DNA of 64,000 nucleotides from an uncultured Pelagibacteraceae bacterium (GTDB taxonomy: Bacteria; Pseudomonadota; Alphaproteobacteria; Pelagibacterales; AG-422-B15): the NCBI GenBank assembly GCA_902584215.1, contig CACHYW010000001.1:26065-90064 (forward strand), in the 5' to 3' direction. Below the pieces are notes generated by a model that was not told the DNA's origin, made no database searches, and was given only the letters and a program-made list of their open reading frames with translations. The translations under genes and the position numbers were made by a program. Position 1 is the stretch's first letter. Each line of letters starts with the position of its first letter. Shown in pieces: positions 58,622 through 64,000 of this stretch.

Positions 58622-60085
58622 ATGATAAATCATAATGAGACATTTTCAAATATTGGATTGAATCTTAGTGCTACTTATACCCAATTGCCCGAGATACTTT
58701 TCTCTAAACTAATGCCCATAAGCGTTAAAGATCCTAAAACTGTAGTTCTTAATAACGAATTGTCTTCTGAACTAGGAATAGACTTTTCAAACTTGTCCAG
58801 TAAAGATGTCTCTAATTTTTTATCTGGTAATACAATACCCACTGGCATTAGTCCTTTCGCACAAGCATATGCAGGTCATCAATTTGGAAATTTCACAATT
58901 CTAGGTGATGGAAGAGCTCTTACCATTGGAGAGCAAAGCACTCCTAAAGGAGAAATTTATGATATTCAGTTTAAAGGATCTGGGAGAACACCGTACTCAA
59001 GGGGAGGTGATGGAAGAGCAGCTCTTGGACCTATGCTTCGTGAATATTTAATCAGTGAAGCGATGTTCTATTTAAATATTCCTACTACAAGAAGTCTTGC
59101 TGTTGTTGAAACAGGAGAAAAAGTTTTTAGAGAGACTCCTTTAAAAGGAGCTATCTTAACAAGAGTTGCAGCTAGTCATGTTAGATTTGGTACATTTCAA
59201 TTCTTAGCAGCCCACAAGGACATCGATGCTATTTCAAAATTACTTGACTACTGCATCAAAAGACACTTCCCAGAAATTTTAGATAGTCCAAATAAAGTAG
59301 TTAAATTTATAGAGTTAGTGATGTCAAAACAAATTGATCTAATAGTAAACTGGATGCGGGTTGGATTTATACATGGCGTTATGAATACAGACAACTCAAC
59401 AATTTGTGGAGAAACTATAGACTACGGTCCATGCGCCTTTATGGATCAGTATGACCATAAAGCAGTATTTAGTTCTATCGATTTTCAAGGAAGATACGCC
59501 TATGGGAATCAGCCTGCGACTATTCATTGGAATTTAGTAAGGCTTACCGAAAGCTTACTTCCTTTAATTGATGAGGATGAGTCAAAATCTTTAGAAGTAG
59601 CTCAGTCAACTATTGATTCTTTTAGTAATATTTTTAGTAAAGAATGGCAGAAAATGATGAGATCAAAACTGGGACTGATTGATCAAAGTGAAGAAGATGA
59701 AGTTTTAATCAAAGATTTACTAACATGGATGCAATCAAAAAAACCAGACTTTACAAATACGTTTTGCAACTTGATGGATAGCAATCATGCAAAAGATGAA
59801 GATTTTGAAGATAATGATTTTGTGGTCTGGAAAAAAAATTGGAAAGAAAGGGTCAACAACAATAATTATCTAAATATTATGAAAAAAGCTAATCCCATTT
59901 TTATTCCTAGAAATTATTTAGTTGAAGAAGCTTTAACTGAAGCTGAAGTAGAAGGCAAATTCGATAAATTTAAAGAGCTACTTGCTGTTCTGTCAAAGCC
60001 ATATGAGCAAATAGAGATTGATGAAAAATATTCTAAAACTCCTCAAATTCAGGCTGAACCTTATAAAACTTTCTGCGGAACATAG
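58622..60085 (+). CDS. selO: protein adenylyltransferase SelO (YdiU/UPF0061)
   Basis: 487 aa. AGHQFG, LGDGRA, KGSGRTPYSRGGDGRA, and HGVMNTDN motifs. Confidence 0.9.
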   Translation: MINHNETFSNIGLNLSATYTQLPEILFSKLMPISVKDPKTVVLNNELSSELGIDFSNLSSKDVSNFLSGNTIPTGISPFAQAYAGHQFGNFTILGDGRALTIGEQSTPKGEIYDIQFKGSGRTPYSRGGDGRAALGPMLREYLISEAMFYLNIPTTRSLAVVETGEKVFRETPLKGAILTRVAASHVRFGTFQFLAAHKDIDAISKLLDYCIKRHFPEILDSPNKVVKFIELVMSKQIDLIVNWMRVGFIHGVMNTDNSTICGETIDYGPCAFMDQYDHKAVFSSIDFQGRYAYGNQPATIHWNLVRLTESLLPLIDEDESKSLEVAQSTIDSFSNIFSKEWQKMMRSKLGLIDQSEEDEVLIKDLLTWMQSKKPDFTNTFCNLMDSNHAKDEDFEDNDFVVWKKNWKERVNNNNYLNIMKKANPIFIPRNYLVEEALTEAEVEGKFDKFKELLAVLSKPYEQIEIDEKYSKTPQIQAEPYKTFCGT

Positions 60086-60130
60086 ACAAAAATTGCTATA
60101 AATTATCTAAATTTTGTAAGTAAATAAAAT

Positions 60131-60158
60131 TTGCTTTTTTATTAGATATCAATATAAG
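60131..60158 (+). promoter_or_regulatory. candidate sigma70 promoter for cspA, giving a roughly 70-nt 5' UTR
   Basis: TTGCTT (60131-60136), a 16-nt spacer, TATAAG (60153-60158). The predicted UTR contains the hairpin GGACTT-gaacg-AAGTCT. Confidence 0.3.
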
Positions 60159-60235
60159 ATCGACTTAAAGATTGAGTGCTTGTTCCTAATTGGACTTGAA
60201 CGAAGTCTAAATTTAAAAAAAGGAATAAGAATAAT

Positions 60236-60442
60236 ATGGCTACTGGTACTGTTAAATGGTTTAATCCAAAAAAAGGTTACGGTTTTGTTGCACCTGATGA
60301 GGGCGATAAAGACATTTTTGTTCATATCACTGCTGTTCAAGCAGCTGGTATCAATAGATTGGATGAAGGCCAAAAAATAAGCTACGAAGCTGAAGAAAAA
60401 AATGGAAAAGTATCTGCAGTTAATTTGCAGATCTCAGAATAA
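60236..60442 (+). CDS. cspA: cold-shock protein (CspA family)
   Basis: 68 aa. [15 protein letters not shown] (RNP1) and DIFVH (RNP2). Confidence 0.95.
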   Translation: MATGTVKWFNPKKGYGFVAPDEGDKDIFVHITAVQAAGINRLDEGQKISYEAEEKNGKVSAVNLQISE

Positions 60443-60444
60443 AT

Positions 60445-60822
60445 TTAAGCAGCTTTATAAATCATATCTAGCCACATAGTGAATTCGTCAATCAATTCAC
60501 TTGAGGGCTGGATAATTTTTACTCTTTTATCTTTTGTACTGATTTGAGTGGTTAGCGATCCCTTACTTATCTCATCATTTATGAAATTTATAATTGTGGC
60601 TCTTGAGGCTAAGTCAGCCATATTTTTTGTTAAATATTCTTTTGTGCATTCGATCTTGTTTATATCATCATCGAAATGAAATTTCATGATTTCAAAACAG
60701 ATCCTTATCCCATAAACAGAACGCCTAAAATGGCTAAGTCTTCCGAAAATTTTTTTGTCACCGGCTGAGTCAAATACTTTGATCTGTTGGCTTACACCTT
60801 TGAATATTTGTTCTGATTTCAT
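60445..60822 (-). CDS. hypothetical protein (possible winged-helix)
   Basis: 125-aa ORF with no family recognised. The segment INDEISKGSLTTQISTKDKRVKIIQPS loosely resembles a recognition helix plus wing. Confidence 0.4.
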   Translation of the reverse strand: MKSEQIFKGVSQQIKVFDSAGDKKIFGRLSHFRRSVYGIRICFEIMKFHFDDDINKIECTKEYLTKNMADLASRATIINFINDEISKGSLTTQISTKDKRVKIIQPSSELIDEFTMWLDMIYKAA

Positions 60823-60972
60823 TTTAATTTTTATAAATTATAAATAATCATATTATTTTTTATTGATAATAATTAACTATAATTACTTGCCACATTGGCG
60901 AATTATATTAAAATGAGAATTATGGAAAGTGGGATGCATAACATACCCAAACTATTGATTTAGACAACTATT

Positions 60973-61200
60973 TTGAATAAAGAAAACTCATCCTTAATAT
61001 GGAAGCTTATTCAAGAAACTGGGGATTTTCTTAGATACAAACTTCAACCACATCCAAACCATCCGAAAGGTAGGAATCCATATGCTCATGTGGCCCTAAT
61101 GGTAAAGAATCATTTTGGCATGACTTACAAAGACATCACAGATGATAGAATGGAAGAGGTAGTTAAATATTTAAATTATTTGAGAGAGAATCCAGAATAA
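60973..61200 (+). CDS. hypothetical protein
   Basis: 75-aa ORF with a TTG start and no recognised motifs. Coding status is uncertain. Confidence 0.35.
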   Translation: MNKENSSLIWKLIQETGDFLRYKLQPHPNHPKGRNPYAHVALMVKNHFGMTYKDITDDRMEEVVKYLNYLRENPE

Positions 61201-61210
61201 ATAATTTTAT

Positions 61211-62062
61211 TTATAATTTCCATTCAGGAGTTCCAAAGAAAGATAATACTTTATCTTTAAAATTCTTTGATTTCCTAAAATCCTTATACATTGAATACCA
61301 GAACATAAAGGTAATTTTTAGAGGATTGAAGGTATTCACATTTTCGCGAATACCATAAGTGACTCTTTCTTCCTCTGCGGCAAAGGTTCCAAATATTTTA
61401 TCCCATATAATTAAAAGATTTCCATAATTCTTATCAATATATATTTCATTGCTTCCATGGTGCACACGGTGATGTGAGGGTGTAATAAATATGTATTCAA
61501 GTATTCCAAGTTTATTTACCCACTTGGTGTGAGTCAGTAATCCATAAAGAGTAGACACTGCGCCCGCTATAGCAGTTATAATTGGATCAAAGCCAATAAG
61601 AGGCATAACAGCAAAAAAGGGGACTTTTGTTAAAGGACCAAACCATGGTTGTCTAAGAGCTACAGTAAAATTCATTTCTTTACTTGAATGGTGATTCATA
61701 TGTACAGCCCATAAAAGTCTAATTCTATGTGAGCATCGATGGTACCAATAATATACAAAGTCGATGATTATAAATGTCAGAGTCCAAACTAACCAAGTAG
61801 GAAAAAGCTCATTTACTGTTAACAGTTTGTATTGATACAGAAAAAGTGAAAAAAAAAAGATAGAACTCTTTGTTAGAAGTGAGACTGTAACATTGCCAAA
61901 TAAAAGACCAAAACCCGCAAGAGAGTCCTCTAACTTATAATAGTCGAGATTATTTATAGTTGAATAAGCTACCTCTGCTACAATAAGGGTTAGAACAATT
62001 GGTATTCCATAAAAATATATATCTAATTCATTCATATTTATCTCTCTTGAAATATATATCAC
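61211..62062 (-). CDS. fatty acid hydroxylase / sterol desaturase family membrane protein
   Basis: Three His boxes (HRCSH, HMNHH, HHRVHH) in a polytopic membrane protein. ATG 62035 is an alternative start. Confidence 0.8.
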   Translation of the reverse strand: MIYISREINMNELDIYFYGIPIVLTLIVAEVAYSTINNLDYYKLEDSLAGFGLLFGNVTVSLLTKSSIFFFSLFLYQYKLLTVNELFPTWLVWTLTFIIIDFVYYWYHRCSHRIRLLWAVHMNHHSSKEMNFTVALRQPWFGPLTKVPFFAVMPLIGFDPIITAIAGAVSTLYGLLTHTKWVNKLGILEYIFITPSHHRVHHGSNEIYIDKNYGNLLIIWDKIFGTFAAEEERVTYGIRENVNTFNPLKITFMFWYSMYKDFRKSKNFKDKVLSFFGTPEWKL

Positions 62063-62082
62063 TAGAATTAAATGATTAAAGC

Positions 62083-62652
62083 ATGAAAAATATATTTATT
62101 TTAGTATTTATTTCAATCTGCCTAAGTTTTCCAGCACTTGCCAAACAAGATGGTGGTGGAAGCTCCGGTGGCCAAGGAAGCTCAGGAGGAAGCTCAGGAG
62201 GAAGCTCAGGAGGAAGCTCAGGAGGCAGCGCTAGTGATGGTTCATCTGGCCCAAGTGGAAATTACTCATACTCAACAGGTTTCGACGCAGAATTGAAAAG
62301 AATTCTCTTTGAAATCGAAAAAAATGAAAATTATGAGGGTGCTCTTAAAGATTTAGAAGTTTATGTTTACGAAAACCCACAAAATGCAAATGGATGGAGC
62401 TTAATAGGTTTCGCAAGCAGAAAGCTTGGTAACTATGAAGACTCAGAACTTTATTATAGTACTGGCTTAGAAATTGATCCAAACCACGATGATATTTTAG
62501 CATATCAGGGAGAACTATTTCTTGAAACAGGCAGATATGAAAAAGCACTCCTCAATCTTGAAAAATTGACTGAGATATGCGTATTTAATTGTGATGAGAA
62601 AAACGAATTAAGTGCAGCAATTTCAAAGTATGAAAGTGAAAATAACCTGTAA
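62083..62652 (+). CDS. secreted TPR-repeat protein with a Gly/Ser-rich linker
   Basis: Signal peptide MKNIFILVFISICLSFPALA, then GGGSSGGQGSSGGSSGGSSGGSSGGSAS, then TPR-like helices (GWSLIGFASRKLGNYEDSELYYSTGLEIDPNH...). Confidence 0.7.
   Translation: MKNIFILVFISICLSFPALAKQDGGGSSGGQGSSGGSSGGSSGGSSGGSASDGSSGPSGNYSYSTGFDAELKRILFEIEKNENYEGALKDLEVYVYENPQNANGWSLIGFASRKLGNYEDSELYYSTGLEIDPNHDDILAYQGELFLETGRYEKALLNLEKLTEICVFNCDEKNELSAAISKYESENNL
62176..62223 (+). repeat. perfect 12-nt tandem repeat x4 (GGAAGCTCAGGA) inside the TPR gene
   Basis: Copies at 62176, 62188, 62200 and 62212, in frame, encoding (GSSG)n. Confidence 0.9.
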
Positions 62653-62704
62653 TAAGTTGATTTCTTCAAAAACCTAATTAAGCTAAAATATTAGATTAAT
62701 TATA

Positions 62705-62923
62705 ATGATTAAGTTTTTAGTATTTTTTGTATTAGGTGCAGCTACCTTATATTTTATTATTCGTGTATTTGTTAACAGTGAACCAGGAAAAGTTGGAAGG
62801 TTTTTAAAGGTTATTTTCGTAGCAGCCATAATTTTTGGAATAATTTATTTATTGTTTCGAGGTAATCTTGGTTTTCTTGCGCCGCTTATTGGTTTAGCTC
62901 GAAAATTATTAGTTGGTTTTTAA
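62705..62923 (+). CDS. small membrane protein, unknown function
   Basis: 72 aa with two hydrophobic helices. Its stop lies 1 nt before the next ATG. Confidence 0.45.
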   Translation: MIKFLVFFVLGAATLYFIIRVFVNSEPGKVGRFLKVIFVAAIIFGIIYLLFRGNLGFLAPLIGLARKLLVGF

Positions 62924-62924
62924 A

Positions 62925-64000
62925 ATGGACCAAACTTTAAAAAAAATATCTATAATTATTTTCTTCTTTATTGCATCCATAATTTTTTTCACATCTTGTG
63001 ATAGTGGCGTAGATCAGTCCGCAGCTTTTACAGGAGTAAGGGTAATTGATAATTCTTATTCGCCGCCAGTTGTGCGTATCAATCCTGGGGGTAAAGTAAG
63101 GTTTAATAACTGGGGTAATAACCCCCACAATGTTATAGCGGTCGATGAAAGTTGGGGCTCCTTAGCAGAAATTCCAAAGGGCGACTATCTTGATATAAAT
63201 TATGAAAATGAAGGACTGTATAAATATTTGTGCTCATTTCATGCTTCTCCTGATGGAAAATGGGGCATGGTTGGTTCTGTTGTTGTCGGTGATATAAATT
63301 ATGAAGATTATACCAACTTCTCAAAAAAAGATGTGGTTTCAAGGTTTACAGGAAATGTAAGACATGTGCCTGATCAATATGAAACAATTCAAGACGCTGT
63401 TAATGCATCAAACCCAGGTGATCTTGTTTTGATTAAGCCAGGTATCTACTACGAGGAGGTTGTTGTCAATGTTCCTTCAATTACAATTAGGGGTTGGGAT
63501 AGAAACACAACAATCATCGACGGTGAGTTTGAAAGAGGTAATGGTATTTTAGTTGCAGGTGTTGATGGAGTAGTTATAGAAAATATAACTGCAAGAAATG
63601 CATTACTGAATGGTTTTTATTGGGCAACAGTAAAAGGTTACAGAGGCTCTTATTTAACAGCGTATAATAATGGTGATTATGGTGTATATGCATTTGATGC
63701 TGTTGATGGAGTTTTAGATCATTCTTATGCTTCTGGTTCACCAGATGCTGGTTTTTATATTGGTCAATGTTATCCATGTGATGCAATTGTAAATGATGTT
63801 ATTTCTGAAAATAATGGTCTCGGCTATTCAGGAACAAACTCAGGTGGATCTCTGTATATTATAAGTTCAGTTTTTAAAAATAATAAGGGTGGATTAGCAC
63901 CCAACACTCTAGACTCGGAACTTCTGCCACCAGAAAGAGAAACTTTTATTATTGGTAATCTTATTGAAAACAATAATAACACAGATGCTCCTGCAACCCA
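62925..64000 (+). CDS. lipoprotein with a cupredoxin-like domain fused to right-handed beta-helix (NosD/pectin-lyase-fold) repeats; the C-terminal part runs off the window
   Basis: Absent from the track because there is no stop in the window. Lipobox FFTSC. Type-1-copper-like ligands NPHN...CSFH...M, then QDAVNASNPGDLVLIKPGIYYEEVVVNVPSITIRG and repeated beta-helix turns. The frame is open to 64000. Confidence 0.7.
   Translation, partial: MDQTLKKISIIIFFFIASIIFFTSCDSGVDQSAAFTGVRVIDNSYSPPVVRINPGGKVRFNNWGNNPHNVIAVDESWGSLAEIPKGDYLDINYENEGLYKYLCSFHASPDGKWGMVGSVVVGDINYEDYTNFSKKDVVSRFTGNVRHVPDQYETIQDAVNASNPGDLVLIKPGIYYEEVVVNVPSITIRGWDRNTTIIDGEFERGNGILVAGVDGVVIENITARNALLNGFYWATVKGYRGSYLTAYNNGDYGVYAFDAVDGVLDHSYASGSPDAGFYIGQCYPCDAIVNDVISENNGLGYSGTNSGGSLYIISSVFKNNKGGLAPNTLDSELLPPERETFIIGNLIENNNNTDAPAT

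Noticed and set aside
62937-63786. Three minus-strand ORFs (62937-63128, 63133-63342, 63574-63786).
   Set aside because: They are shadows of the long plus-strand lipoprotein frame (62925-64000+), which carries a lipobox and coherent domain motifs.
1-64000. A search by eye for CRISPR arrays, IS elements or transposases, integrases, toxin-antitoxin pairs and known defence-system genes.
   Set aside because: I recognised none. All long ORFs are accounted for by housekeeping or metabolic families or by small hypotheticals. Apart from the 12-nt tandem repeat at 62176-62223 and the short repeats in the 54.1-kb leader, I saw no repeat arrays.

Overview
This is a visibly AT-rich, extremely gene-dense chromosomal segment. 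By gene content, gene order and composition it reads like a streamlined marine alphaproteobacterium (SAR11/Pelagibacterales-like). That assignment is inference; no search was run. I support about 70 CDS, 2 tRNAs (Ala-GGC, Ser-GGA), one frameshifted pseudogene, one tandem repeat, one strong intrinsic terminator and a few candidate promoters or operators. The conserved housekeeping blocks are trxA / folC-accD-trpA-trpB-trpF-pyrF-ihfB-rpsA-cmk-aroA, kdsD-lptC-lptA-lptB, gltD-gltB-queG, and thrS-infC-rpmI-rplT-pheS-pheT-lepA. I saw no rRNA, CRISPR array, transposase, integrase, prophage or recognisable defence genes, so I cannot point to a clear new multi-gene 'system' of that type. The items most worth a second look are: (1) a G/C-rich, repeat-containing leader with a terminator in front of a LysE/RhtB exporter (54087-54271), which matches no riboswitch class I know; (2) an uncharacterised 5-gene operon (LLM flavin monooxygenase, ThDP enzyme, AA_synth/DUF1185, alpha/beta hydrolase, aldehyde dehydrogenase; 8075-13906) behind a near-consensus promoter; (3) a gamma-glutamylation-style cluster with a Rieske-less oxygenase-like protein and an AlaX-type editing-domain protein (1-4847); (4) an acyl-CoA carboxyltransferase gene broken by one extra base in a G9/C9 homopolymer (56139-56147); (5) a lipoprotein fusing a cupredoxin-like domain to a beta-helix domain at the window edge (62925-64000). 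All functional calls come from reading motifs in the translations and from remembered family signatures, not from database searches.
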